Positions 49,206 to 59,723 are shown, numbered from the stretch's first letter. The stretch is 64,000 nucleotides of DNA from Candidatus Falkowbacteria bacterium (GCA_018651725.1 JABIDK010000002.1:36904-100903); one strand, 5' to 3'. Numbers and translations are program-made. The notes: generated from the letters alone by a model not told the origin.

Positions 49206-49742
49206 TTACTTAGTTAAAACCGCTTTTATCTCACTAATCTTAATTTGTTTATCGGACTTATCAAGTCCGGGGGAAGAAATTATAAAATTTAGCTTTCTTT
49301 CTTGAATCAAAGTATTTCTTAAATCAAATTTAAGTTTAGTAACACACCAATTATTTTCTTTTTCACTACACTCTAGATCTTCCATTGCGTAAATCCAATC
49401 TCCTCCTTTTAACTGTGGGCCGACTTTAACTTTTTGTTCCTCCGGAGCATTATAAACAAAAGTAAGTTCAACAGCCTTAAAAGTAGTCGACATATGCAGG
49501 TCAAAATAAACCGGATCAATAATTATTGACTGAAAATAATCTCCTGAATTATCTTGCTCAACCTTCAAGGCTCTTCCGGCTGGCTTTAAAATAGAGATGA
49601 CCGGATTATTTTTATCAAAGCCATAGCTTGTTTCCAGCTTACCTGAAAAAGCAAAATTTTTGTAAACCAAAAAAACTAAAGTTAAAATTGGCAAACTTAT
49701 CAAAATTACTCTAATTATTTTGTGGAGTTTATTTAGATTCAT
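49206..49742 (-). CDS. Hypothetical membrane-anchored protein
   Basis: N-terminal TM and a beta-rich domain. Confidence 0.65.
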   Translation of the reverse strand: MNLNKLHKIIRVILISLPILTLVFLVYKNFAFSGKLETSYGFDKNNPVISILKPAGRALKVEQDNSGDYFQSIIIDPVYFDLHMSTTFKAVELTFVYNAPEEQKVKVGPQLKGGDWIYAMEDLECSEKENNWCVTKLKFDLRNTLIQERKLNFIISSPGLDKSDKQIKISEIKAVLTK

Positions 49743-51322
49743 TTTTTTATAACTTTATATAGCCCGCTACCAACACTCTCCAACTTCAATCCATACTCTT
49801 TAATCTTTCGGTCTTTTATATATTCAATATCTTTTGGGCCTATTAATTTATTATAATAATACACTGGCGTGCTGTCTATAATTTTAGCAATGTTATCAAA
49901 AATTTCATAGTTTTGATATTTAAAATTTATTACCTTTCGCTCCGGAAACAATATTTTATCTTCGTATTTACTAATGATAACAGAATTAACTTCTGTCTTT
50001 TGTAAAATCTCTTTTGAAAATTCTTTATACTGTAAAATATTTTTCTTAACATTTAAAATACTCTCTTCTCCACAAAACATAACAATATTAATGGAAAATA
50101 ATATATAAATAGTTGATAAAAATAAAGCTATTATCTTACCAACTTTAGTAGAAAATATTTTCTTAAAAAACAAAACCATTAAAGGCAAAGCAAAAATATA
50201 AATACTTAACCAATAACGAACATAAGAATTTCCAATTGTTATTTCGCTATAGCTGATATTATCTTGGATACTATAACTTCCATAAAAAATAATTAGCCAT
50301 AAAGAAGTTAAAGTATAGATAGAAAAATATGCCTTTTGCCTTCTTGCTAATTGATTATTAAATTTCTTTTTAAATAAAAAGAAAAATCCTACTAACGCTG
50401 GAACAGTAAAAAACCAAAATAATTTAAAAACATAATTGAAAAAATTGCTCAAACTTAATCTAGGATGAAAACCAAAAATAGAGGTAACATACTCTATTAA
50501 AGAAAAATCATTACCTGCTTCTATACTAGCAATTTCAGTTCCAGCCGTATAGCCGGTAGAAAAATAACTACCATAGAGAACGTTGTTGTAATAAAAAGTT
50601 GGAGCAAGCGCTAAAAAACAACCAAGGATAAAAAAAATAAAATACTTAATTTTGATTTCTTTTTTGTAATATAAAAACAAAATAAAATAACCACTCAAAA
50701 CCCATAAAAATTCTGAAATCCGAAATGATAGAGCCAAGCCAAGAAATATTCCACTTCCAAGAAATTTTAAAAAATAATTCTTACACCTATTACTCAATAA
50801 ATACAAACTGATTATTAAAAAAACCAAAAAACCAACGTTGTGATACATTGATTTTGCGCTAAAATACCAAAGAGGCGGCAAGAAAAATAAAAGCAAACTA
50901 GAAAAATAAGCAATAGGTTCATCGAAAATTTTCTTTATCAAACCATAGAAAAATAACACGCCGATAGCGGCCAACAGCGGGGTTAAAAATAAAATAATCC
51001 AAACTCCAAAAATCTTTGCCAAAAAACCATAGAGCAAAATCATTCCTAAAAAACTTGTTGGGACTACTTTCCCATTAATTGATTCCATCGCCCGCGGATG
51101 GATAACGTCTCCGGCCAACAAATTTTGTGGCTCAAAAAAAGAAATCTGTCCTGTTTCAGCAAATCTCTTAGCAAAAAAATAATTAGCAACTTCATCGGGC
51201 GAATTAAGCTTTACAGGTTTGTCAAAGGCAGAAAAAGCCAAAAACGAATAGACAAAAAAGAAAATTCCTGCCAAAATATAAAGAGAGACTAATTTTTTAT
51301 TATTTTTGATTGTTTGTAACAT
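49739..51322 (-). CDS. GT-C (ArnT/PMT-like) glycosyltransferase
   Basis: SPDE motif after TM1; multi-TM; YVRYWL; start taken at MLQTIK. Confidence 0.75.
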   Translation of the reverse strand: MLQTIKNNKKLVSLYILAGIFFFVYSFLAFSAFDKPVKLNSPDEVANYFFAKRFAETGQISFFEPQNLLAGDVIHPRAMESINGKVVPTSFLGMILLYGFLAKIFGVWIILFLTPLLAAIGVLFFYGLIKKIFDEPIAYFSSLLLFFLPPLWYFSAKSMYHNVGFLVFLIISLYLLSNRCKNYFLKFLGSGIFLGLALSFRISEFLWVLSGYFILFLYYKKEIKIKYFIFFILGCFLALAPTFYYNNVLYGSYFSTGYTAGTEIASIEAGNDFSLIEYVTSIFGFHPRLSLSNFFNYVFKLFWFFTVPALVGFFFLFKKKFNNQLARRQKAYFSIYTLTSLWLIIFYGSYSIQDNISYSEITIGNSYVRYWLSIYIFALPLMVLFFKKIFSTKVGKIIALFLSTIYILFSINIVMFCGEESILNVKKNILQYKEFSKEILQKTEVNSVIISKYEDKILFPERKVINFKYQNYEIFDNIAKIIDSTPVYYYNKLIGPKDIEYIKDRKIKEYGLKLESVGSGLYKVIKK

Positions 51323-51363
51323 GCTTTCATTGTAAACAATCAAATCGTTTTAGGCAATAAAAT

Positions 51364-53427
51364 ATGCTGATATTCTTTATTACAGTCATTTTAATAATAA
51401 ATATTTATTTTTTTCAAAGCTTATTTTTGGGTTTGATGTTTGGCTTTGGTTATTTTTTTATACTATCTAAAAAATTTAACCCAAAATCGAATTTAATCTA
51501 CTCGACCTTACTCGTTTTGTCGATACTCTCCTTTTTAGGAGCAATTGTCTATTTTTTTTACGAATTGAACAACGCTGTTATCGCAATAATTTTAATTACA
51601 ACACCAATCATAATCTCAAAAATTCCAACCCGCCAACTAACGGACCAATTCACAATTCACAACAAATTCTCAATACTCAATAATAAATTTAAAAAACTGT
51701 TAATTTTAATTTATCTAACCTTAACTTTTATATCCTTCAAACTTCTTTTAATTTCTCAAACTACTGATGCTATCCGATCGCCTTGGGGGGTTATTCCAAG
51801 TGAATTTTTTATTTTTTATTTTTTAGCTACAGTTATTTTAATTTTCATAATACTATCTGCCAAAACTAAAAAACCATTATTTCTAATTTCTCTTCATTTT
51901 TTACTTTCCTCCTCAGTTGCTCTTATTATTTATAAACTTGGTTATGGTTTTGATCAATTTATTCATCTGGCAACAGAAAAAGTTATTTACGAAACCGGAG
52001 CGATTTATCCTAAACCTTTTTATTACCTTGGACAATATTCATTGGTTATAATTTTGGCAAAAATGTTTTCCATTTCTCACGAATGGATAGACAAACTGTT
52101 AACAATAATTTTATTTTCCTTTTTTCTACCAACAATAATCTATACTTCTTTTAAAAAAATAGATTTTCAAAGAAATCTATCCTTACTTGCATCTTTATCT
52201 TTTTTAATTTTTCCTCTTAGCTCATTTATAGTAACCACCCCCCAAAATCTGGCAAATTTATTTATACTGTTCACAATTTTTGCCTCCCTACCATATCTAT
52301 TCCAAAAAGAAAAATCATTAATCCCAACCACAATTCTAACTCTAGCCACACTTGCAATTCACCCTCTAGCGGGAATACCGTTATTAATATTTCTTGCTCT
52401 AATTATTTTAACAAACTATCGACACACACAAACTTGTAAAAATAGTGCACCCGCATCATTTTTACAAGTTTTAGTTTCTGTTTTAGTGTTTTGCTTTAGT
52501 TCGATAATTTTACCTTTAATCTTTTTAATTAATTCTTCTCTTTCCGGATTACAAATTAATTTAATTATTCTGCCTAAAGAAAAATTTTTCAGCTTTCTGT
52601 ACAATTTAAAACCCTACTTTATTAATAACTTTAACTTAGCGTTTGACTTTGCTTATTTTTATAAATTTAATTTTTATATTCTAACATTTTTATTAAGTAC
52701 AGTTATATTTTTGCTTATTTATAAAAAAACAAAGTTCTTCGTCCCCTATTTTTTATCTTTTATAGTTATTTTTTTAAACTTTTTAATTTTAAAATTATTG
52801 TTTTCTTTTGATTTCTTGATTGACTACGAACAAGGTGCCTACGCTCAAAGAATCTTTGAAATTTCTTTTTATTTTCTTTACCCGATTATTTTATATGGGA
52901 TAATAATATTCTTTACTAAATTACAAAAACAAAAAATATATATTAAAATATTTTTCATCTTCCTTCTTGCTTTTATTGTTGCCTCTTCTTTTTACATAAG
53001 CTACCCAAGGGATGATGACTATGAAGCCAGCCACTCTTTTAATACAACTTTGTCTGATATTAAAACCGTTCAATGGATAGAGCAGGATGCTGAAGAAAAT
53101 GATTTTATAGTTCTTGCCAATCAACAAGTTTCAGTCGCAGGAATTCAAGAGTATGGTTTTAAGAAATATTATGAAGATCAATTTTACTATCCCATTCCAA
53201 CAAGCTCTCCTCTTTACAAGTACTACTTAAAGATGGTGGACGACGAACCAAAAAAAGAATATATCTTAGAAGCAATGCAAAGCGTCGGAGTAAAGCAAGG
53301 CTATTTTGTTTTAAATGAATATTGGTGGCGATACAGAGATCTTGTTGAAATTGCCAAAAAAAATTCCGCCTCCTATAAAGTTATAGACAACGGAAAAAAT
53401 ATTATTTTCAAATATACGATAAACTAG
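51364..53427 (+). CDS. Large polytopic membrane protein, possible GT-C fold
   Basis: Many TMs, GFDQFIH loop and soluble C-terminal domain. Confidence 0.65.
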   Translation: MLIFFITVILIINIYFFQSLFLGLMFGFGYFFILSKKFNPKSNLIYSTLLVLSILSFLGAIVYFFYELNNAVIAIILITTPIIISKIPTRQLTDQFTIHNKFSILNNKFKKLLILIYLTLTFISFKLLLISQTTDAIRSPWGVIPSEFFIFYFLATVILIFIILSAKTKKPLFLISLHFLLSSSVALIIYKLGYGFDQFIHLATEKVIYETGAIYPKPFYYLGQYSLVIILAKMFSISHEWIDKLLTIILFSFFLPTIIYTSFKKIDFQRNLSLLASLSFLIFPLSSFIVTTPQNLANLFILFTIFASLPYLFQKEKSLIPTTILTLATLAIHPLAGIPLLIFLALIILTNYRHTQTCKNSAPASFLQVLVSVLVFCFSSIILPLIFLINSSLSGLQINLIILPKEKFFSFLYNLKPYFINNFNLAFDFAYFYKFNFYILTFLLSTVIFLLIYKKTKFFVPYFLSFIVIFLNFLILKLLFSFDFLIDYEQGAYAQRIFEISFYFLYPIILYGIIIFFTKLQKQKIYIKIFFIFLLAFIVASSFYISYPRDDDYEASHSFNTTLSDIKTVQWIEQDAEENDFIVLANQQVSVAGIQEYGFKKYYEDQFYYPIPTSSPLYKYYLKMVDDEPKKEYILEAMQSVGVKQGYFVLNEYWWRYRDLVEIAKKNSASYKVIDNGKNIIFKYTIN

Positions 53428-53441
53428 GGCTTGCTAATTTT

Positions 53442-54611
53442 TTACAAGTTCAAAATTTTATTAATATAATTTTCTAAATTAAATTTTTCAATACTTTCTG
53501 CGCTAAACAAGCGCATTTTTTTTATTTTATCTTTATTATTTAAACAAAAATTTATTTTATCTAATAAATCATCTGCACTTCCTGCTTTAAAAATATATCC
53601 ATTTACATCTTCTTTAATAAGTTCGGCTGTGCCACCAAGATTGGATGCTAAAACCGGGGTACCATAGGCCAGACTCTCATATATAACTGTCGGGGAATTT
53701 TCATAGCACAACGATGGCATAATTGTTATGCCTGATTTTTTATACAAGTTAATAACCTCTTTATTTGGCAATCTACCTAAAAATTTTATTCTATGGTTTT
53801 GATTGGCTATTTTTTTTGCTTCTTTTAACTTACTTCCATCACCTATTATTAATAATTCAGCGTTGCTATTTTTAATTTTGTTGAAAGTATTTATTAAAAA
53901 TAAAACACCCTTATGTTTTTCAATCTGACCAACATATAAAAATTGATGCTTGTCAGCTAATGACTGATAACTGGTTTTAATATCAACTACCGAATTTGGG
54001 ATTATTTCTTTCTTTTGATTTTTAAAGAATCCTTTTTCTTTATAAAAATCCATTAGCCATTTTGATGGGGAAATTATCGCTTGCGGATAAGAAAATAATT
54101 TTTTATTTATACTTGTATATAATTTAGTTAAAATACATTTGCTTTGCCAACTATTCTCCTCTCCCTTAATTAAAAGCCCGCTTGGTATTGCTAACTGGAC
54201 ATCATGAATTGTGTGGAAATATTTTATACCTGATTTTTTAACAGCCATTGGAATTAAATAACCAATTCCTTTTAAATTATGAGTGATTACCAAGTCAGGT
54301 TTCTCTTTTTTTAAGATTTGTTTAATTTTAAAATAACTATGTAAATTAAACATATCAAAAAAATGCCAAACTAACCGCACGACTGGATTATGTTTATGGA
54401 TATTCCCAATCCAAAATAAATTCCAAGGGAAAAATCTGTGAATTTTTATTTTTTCTATTGCCTTTTTTTCCTCTCCTCTAAATGGCTTAGTGGTAATTAT
54501 AACAACCTCGTGATCATCATCAATAAAACCTTTGGCAATATTTTTTACTACCTGCTCTGCCCCACCGCGTGAATATGGATCGTATAAATTATTTATTAAG
54601 CAAACTTTCAT
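53442..54611 (-). CDS. Glycosyltransferase family 4
   Basis: GGAE, HKGV and ENSPTVIYES motifs. Confidence 0.9.
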   Translation of the reverse strand: MKVCLINNLYDPYSRGGAEQVVKNIAKGFIDDDHEVVIITTKPFRGEEKKAIEKIKIHRFFPWNLFWIGNIHKHNPVVRLVWHFFDMFNLHSYFKIKQILKKEKPDLVITHNLKGIGYLIPMAVKKSGIKYFHTIHDVQLAIPSGLLIKGEENSWQSKCILTKLYTSINKKLFSYPQAIISPSKWLMDFYKEKGFFKNQKKEIIPNSVVDIKTSYQSLADKHQFLYVGQIEKHKGVLFLINTFNKIKNSNAELLIIGDGSKLKEAKKIANQNHRIKFLGRLPNKEVINLYKKSGITIMPSLCYENSPTVIYESLAYGTPVLASNLGGTAELIKEDVNGYIFKAGSADDLLDKINFCLNNKDKIKKMRLFSAESIEKFNLENYINKILNL

Positions 54612-55777
54612 AGCTTTTCAAATATTTTAATAAATTTATTGTTTATATCTTTTTCGTTATATTTTTTTTCTGCTTTTTTTCTTCCTTCTTCTCCCATTTT
54701 ATCTTTTAATTCATCGTTGGATAAAATTTGCTCTATTTTCTCTTTCAAATCTTCAGTATTACTCGGCTCAACCAAAAACCCGTTAACACTATTATCAATA
54801 ACGCTTCGTACGCCTGGCAAATTAGAGGCAATAGCCGGCACCCCGCTCGCAAAAGCTTCGAGCAAAACTATGCCAAAGGCCTCTCCCATATTTATCGACG
54901 GCAAAACAAATAAGTTCGCTAAATTTAAAAACTTTTTTTTCTCATTATCGTTAATTCGACCCGTAAAAATAACTTTATCTCGCAAACCAAAGTTAAAAGC
55001 AATTTGTTCGTATTCAAATTTTAAATCTCCGGAACCAATAATAACCAAACGCGCATCAGGAAAACTTTTTAAAACTTTATAAAATGCCTTTATTAAATTA
55101 TTCACTCCCTTAAAATAATGAGCCTTATCAAGTCCTCCAATAAATAAAATTATTTTTTCTTGCTTACTGATATTATATTTTTTCATTAAACTTTTACTTT
55201 TTTCTCTTAGCTTAAAAAAATCCAAATCAACACCAAACGGCATTTCTACAAATTTATCTTTATATTTTTGAAGGACACTTTTTATTTTGGAATTTTCAAT
55301 ATAATCAAAAGAAGAGACAATTATTCTATCAGCTGAATTTAAAATTCGTGGCATTAAATATCTATTGTAAAAATTAAAAAAATTTCCTTTTAAGCCATCT
55401 CCTAGAGCGTCCTGATGATAAGTCACTATTATTTTGCTTTTTAAAACACCGATTTTTTTCATAAACCAGACAATCTCCGCTGTTCCATAAAACGGCAGAT
55501 GCAGATGAACAATATCAAAGTTTTTCAACTGCCAAAAAAGTTGTGGTAATATTGCAGCATTGCCATATTTAAAAATTGATGTCAACCGCTTCACCTTAAA
55601 AGAAAATTTATCATTTTTTTCTCCGCCAGGGGCGGATCCGCCTCTGGTGGAAAGCCAAGGAGTAAAAACGACCACTTCGTGGCCGGTTTTAGAAAGAATT
55701 TTTGAATTATCAAGCGCCACTTGTCCGGTTCCACCTTTATACGGAGGAAAAGTACAAACAACTTCTGCGATACGCAT
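54608..55777 (-). CDS. Glycosyltransferase family 4
   Basis: PPYKGG, FKGV and EAFGIVLLEA motifs. Confidence 0.9.
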   Translation of the reverse strand: MRIAEVVCTFPPYKGGTGQVALDNSKILSKTGHEVVVFTPWLSTRGGSAPGGEKNDKFSFKVKRLTSIFKYGNAAILPQLFWQLKNFDIVHLHLPFYGTAEIVWFMKKIGVLKSKIIVTYHQDALGDGLKGNFFNFYNRYLMPRILNSADRIIVSSFDYIENSKIKSVLQKYKDKFVEMPFGVDLDFFKLREKSKSLMKKYNISKQEKIILFIGGLDKAHYFKGVNNLIKAFYKVLKSFPDARLVIIGSGDLKFEYEQIAFNFGLRDKVIFTGRINDNEKKKFLNLANLFVLPSINMGEAFGIVLLEAFASGVPAIASNLPGVRSVIDNSVNGFLVEPSNTEDLKEKIEQILSNDELKDKMGEEGRKKAEKKYNEKDINNKFIKIFEKL

Positions 55778-55780
55778 AAA

Positions 55781-56098
55781 TTATTTTTTTAATGCTATTT
55801 CTCTTGTTATTTTTGTGATTTCTTTTTCTTGTTTTTCAACTTTTACTATTAATTTAAATATTAAATAAAATAAAAAAAGAACAGAGACATAAACTGCTAA
55901 ATCTGCTCCCTTCTCTACTCCAAAAAAATTAGCTATCCTATCTGTTTCTTTAAACCAGATTGTTGCTCCAATAACCAAAAACCAAAAAAACAACCAAGAA
56001 TAAAATTCAGTGTTACGAACCTCTTTAGATCTCAACTTCTTGAACAAGCGAGAAATTGCAAAAAGAGAAAATAAAATTATAAGAAACTGAATAAGCAT
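55781..56098 (-). CDS. DUF2304-family membrane protein
   Basis: FGVEKGADL and ITKITREIAL motifs; follows a DPM-like GT2. Confidence 0.85.
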   Translation of the reverse strand: MLIQFLIILFSLFAISRLFKKLRSKEVRNTEFYSWLFFWFLVIGATIWFKETDRIANFFGVEKGADLAVYVSVLFLFYLIFKLIVKVEKQEKEITKITREIALKK

Positions 56099-56769
56099 TA
56101 TAATATCTTTTTAATTATTAAATCCTTAAGAATTTTAAAGCCATCAAAAAATCCTTGGCCATATTCGTTATAAATTATTTGCACCGGAACTTCTTTGTAT
56201 TTTAATTTATTTTTATTTATCTCTGAAATAATTTCTGTATTGTGTGCCATTCTATCTTGGGTAATTTTTATTTTCTTAGCAGCCACGCGCGACATTGCTC
56301 GAAACCCATTATGAACATCCGTTAATCTTAGGCCTGTAAAAAACCAATTTAAAATTATAGCTGGCTTTAAAATAAAAAATTTCTTTGTAAAAGGAATATT
56401 ACTATTCTTGTCTAAAAATCTTGACCCTAAAACTACTTCAACCTCCTTGTCTAAAATAGGTTGAATAATTTTTTTAATATCTTCCACACGGTGCTGTCCA
56501 TCGCCATCAAAATGAACTACAATATCAGCTCCATTTCTAACCGCATATTCATTACCGGTTTGCAGCGTTGCCCCCTGCCCACGATTAATAACATGACGCA
56601 AAACTTTTACCCCAGTCTCTTTTACTTGTTTAAAGGTGTTATCAATCGATCCATCATCAACCACGACTATATTTGCTTCTGGTGTTTCTCCTTTAACTTT
56701 AATAATAGTTTCCCTTATACTCTTCCCCTCATTAAAAGTAGGTATAACAATAAATAAATTCATAAACAT
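56098..56769 (-). CDS. Polyprenol-phosphate glycosyltransferase (DPM1-like GT2)
   Basis: IPTFNE, VDDGS, FDGDGQH and TDVHNGFR motifs. Confidence 0.9.
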   Translation of the reverse strand: MFMNLFIVIPTFNEGKSIRETIIKVKGETPEANIVVVDDGSIDNTFKQVKETGVKVLRHVINRGQGATLQTGNEYAVRNGADIVVHFDGDGQHRVEDIKKIIQPILDKEVEVVLGSRFLDKNSNIPFTKKFFILKPAIILNWFFTGLRLTDVHNGFRAMSRVAAKKIKITQDRMAHNTEIISEINKNKLKYKEVPVQIIYNEYGQGFFDGFKILKDLIIKKIL

Positions 56770-56821
56770 CGTCTAGTCCAAAACTAGTAAGGCTAGTGAA
56801 GTTAAAAACTAATGAAGCTAG

Positions 56822-57850
56822 CTAAGTTCTTACTCCTCCATCGCTAAATCCAAGCAACGACCGACTGGCCTTTAAATATCCTAAAGTTTTCTCAAGTCCG
56901 TTATCAAGTAACACAACCGGCTCCCAGCTTAAGACTTCTTTGGCCAAACTAATATCAGGAATATGAGAAACTTGTTCTTCTCTTTGCTTTTGTTTAAAAA
57001 CAATTTGCGAATTTGAGTCAGTTTTGGAAATAACTTTTTTAGCTACTTCCATAACAGGCAAAATTTCCGGGTTTCCCAAATTAATCGGACCTTGCTCACC
57101 ACTGGCCATCATCTTTAAAGTTCCTTCAATTAAATCGTCTATGTAGCAAAATGAGTTTCTAGCGTTTTGATCTCCTTCGATAACAAGCTCACGATTATCC
57201 ATTGCTCTACTAACAAAATCCGAAATAAGCCGACCATCATCAAGCTTCATTCTTGGCCCATAAGTTGTAAAAGCTCTTAAAATTTTAGTATCCAGCCCAT
57301 GTTTTTTCCTAAAACTATCAACTAAACTCTCAGCAAATCTTTTTCCCTCAATATAACAGTAGTTAGGTCCCAGCTGATTGGAGGCACCGACATAATCTTC
57401 TTTTAACTTTTCGCCCATAATAGCCTTTCCGTAAACAACACTACTTGATAAAAACAAAAATTTGGATTTATAGTTTACTGCCATCTCAAGAGCATTGTTA
57501 AGACCAATAGAACTTGATAATAATACTTCCAAACCAAGTTCGTCAAATCGATTTGGAGAAGCAGGGCAAGCTAAATAATAAATTTCTTGAACCCCTTGCC
57601 AACGAACTTTAAACTTTTCCAGTCCCGGAAAATCTTCCAACACAATCGGCTTGTTCATGTCATGCTTAACAAATTCAAAATTAGGATTTCTAAGTAAGAA
57701 ATCAATATTTTTTTCTGTTCCAGTCAAAAAGTTATCAATACAAATAACTTTATTTTCTTTTACTAAACGTTCGCAAAGATGTGAGCCAATAAAGCCGGCT
57801 CCGCCGATCACCAAAATATTATTGTGATCAAAAACTTGTTTTACAGACAT
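56822..57850 (-). CDS. UDP-glucuronate decarboxylase-like SDR (divergent)
   Basis: GGAGFIG, LACPASP, YIEGKR and TYGPRM motifs. Confidence 0.8.
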   Translation of the reverse strand: MSVKQVFDHNNILVIGGAGFIGSHLCERLVKENKVICIDNFLTGTEKNIDFLLRNPNFEFVKHDMNKPIVLEDFPGLEKFKVRWQGVQEIYYLACPASPNRFDELGLEVLLSSSIGLNNALEMAVNYKSKFLFLSSSVVYGKAIMGEKLKEDYVGASNQLGPNYCYIEGKRFAESLVDSFRKKHGLDTKILRAFTTYGPRMKLDDGRLISDFVSRAMDNRELVIEGDQNARNSFCYIDDLIEGTLKMMASGEQGPINLGNPEILPVMEVAKKVISKTDSNSQIVFKQKQREEQVSHIPDISLAKEVLSWEPVVLLDNGLEKTLGYLKASRSLLGFSDGGVRT

Positions 57851-57923
57851 AAATAAATTGTTGATTTTTGATTGATGATTTCTAATTGAAAAAAATCTGC
57901 AATCTTAAATCTAAAATTTTAAA

Positions 57924-59663
57924 TTACTTCACTTCTATTATAGCAATATTTATTCCTTTTTGGAAGTTATTTTTTGATAGGATAAATTTGTTCATAATTT
58001 CTCCTAAACTATTAAAAATTTTTATTGTTTCTTTCCCTGTCTGAGGCGAGACAATAATTTCACTTTTTTTATTATTATTGATATCTGCAACAACAATATT
58101 AACTCCGCCTCTAAAATTTTTATCGTAAGCGAAAAAGTCTGATTTTAAATTTCCATTTTTATCAAAAATTCTAACATGTGGTCCGCCCCCTACTCCTGCA
58201 CCGGTAATAATTTCATCTATACCGTCGTTATCAATGTCTCCGGTAGTAACCTGAACTCCGCCTCTAAAATTTTTATCGTAAGCGAAAAAGTCTGATTTTA
58301 ATCTCCCTAAATCATCAAATATTTTTACATAAGATTTCTCTCCCGAACCAGCTCCAATTATTATTTCATTTTTATTACCACCAACAACATCTCCCGAGCT
58401 TAAATTAACTTTTTCTTTTAACTCTTTATTGCCAACATTGAAATCTTTTACAAAAAAATTATCGGTTAAATTAAAAATTTTTACTGCTGAACTATTACTT
58501 TCTGAGAAAGATGTAATTAAATATTTTTTACTTAACTCCGGTTCTTTGTGAACATTCTTAACATTCTTGGCAACAGCCCTAACAGCCCTAAATGCATCAA
58601 GTTCGCCGGATCCCATTTTATTAATAAATTTTGTCTCTAAGTTACTGAAATCATTAACATTTTGAGTCAAGGCATTTTTTATTTCATTGCTACTCAAATT
58701 TTGGTTAGCAGACTTTACAAGTGCTGCAGCTCCACTTACCAAGGCAGTAGCTACTGAAGTTCCCGACCACGAACCACCGTAGCCTTCTAAAAAATTTTTA
58801 TTGTTTGGCGAGTAAAATAAAGTACTATAAAAATTTTCACCAACTGTACTAATGTCTATACAATTACTGCCATAGTTTGAAGCATCAAGCTTTTCTCCAA
58901 ATTTATCCAATGCTCCAACTCCTATAATAAAATTATTTTCTTGTATTTCACAGACAGGATAAAGAGGATTTTCGTCCAAGTTAAACCCGTTAGATTCACT
59001 AACATCATTTCCCGAAGCTGCCACAATAACAATTCCATTTTTATAAGCTTTTTTCAAAACTCTTTCCAAAGCCCCACTCTTATAGGATCCAACTAAACTT
59101 AAATTAATTATATCCACCTTATTATTTACAGCGTAGTTAATACCATCGATAACAGACCTAATGTTTCCAACCCCATTATCATCCAAAACACGAATTGGCA
59201 TAATTTTTGCTTTATAAGCCAGGCCAATAATCCCCTGCTTACTTTCTCCGCTAGCTGCTGCAATACCCGCTAAGATGGTTCCATGATTAATTCCTATTTC
59301 ATTACATAATCCTTCCTCCAAGCAATCATCACGAAAAGAAGGATTGGGATTATTTCCTCCTGACACAAAATCCCAACCATGGATATCATCTATAAAACCA
59401 TTGGAGTCGTTGTCTATTCCGTCTCCGGGAACTTCGTCAATATTTGTCCAAATATTTTGTATTAAATCAGGATGGTTAATATCTATTCGAGAGTCTAAAA
59501 AAGCTATCACTACTCCGCTACCATCACTAAAATCCCAGGCTTTTTGGGCATTAACTTTTTTCAAATAATCCTGACGGTAAAATAAAGGATCATTTGGAAT
59601 AAGTACTGCCAAACTCGTTATTGGATAAAATAATAATATTAAAACAATAAGTTTTTTAAACAT
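57924..59663 (-). CDS. Secreted S8 subtilisin-like peptidase with FG-GAP repeats
   Basis: Signal peptide; D (LDSRID), H (HGT), N (ASGN) and S (GTSVA); C-terminal GD.D.DG.DEII.GAG repeats. Confidence 0.88.
   Translation of the reverse strand: MFKKLIVLILLFYPITSLAVLIPNDPLFYRQDYLKKVNAQKAWDFSDGSGVVIAFLDSRIDINHPDLIQNIWTNIDEVPGDGIDNDSNGFIDDIHGWDFVSGGNNPNPSFRDDCLEEGLCNEIGINHGTILAGIAAASGESKQGIIGLAYKAKIMPIRVLDDNGVGNIRSVIDGINYAVNNKVDIINLSLVGSYKSGALERVLKKAYKNGIVIVAASGNDVSESNGFNLDENPLYPVCEIQENNFIIGVGALDKFGEKLDASNYGSNCIDISTVGENFYSTLFYSPNNKNFLEGYGGSWSGTSVATALVSGAAALVKSANQNLSSNEIKNALTQNVNDFSNLETKFINKMGSGELDAFRAVRAVAKNVKNVHKEPELSKKYLITSFSESNSSAVKIFNLTDNFFVKDFNVGNKELKEKVNLSSGDVVGGNKNEIIIGAGSGEKSYVKIFDDLGRLKSDFFAYDKNFRGGVQVTTGDIDNDGIDEIITGAGVGGGPHVRIFDKNGNLKSDFFAYDKNFRGGVNIVVADINNNKKSEIIVSPQTGKETIKIFNSLGEIMNKFILSKNNFQKGINIAIIEVK
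58101..58301. repeat. Exact 48-nt direct repeat (58101-58148 and 58254-58301)
   Basis: aactccgcctctaaaatttttatcgtaagcgaaaaagtctgattttaa occurs twice, 153 nt apart. Confidence 0.95.
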
Positions 59664-59723
59664 AAACTTAAATTTTTGACTTTATAAATTTTTGGCTTTC
59701 GACTAATTTTAGTATATCACTCC

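Noticed and set aside
58101-58301. Diversity-generating retroelement TR/VR pair
   Set aside because: The copies are identical with no adenine-specific mismatches, both are in-frame protein repeats, and no reverse transcriptase is present.
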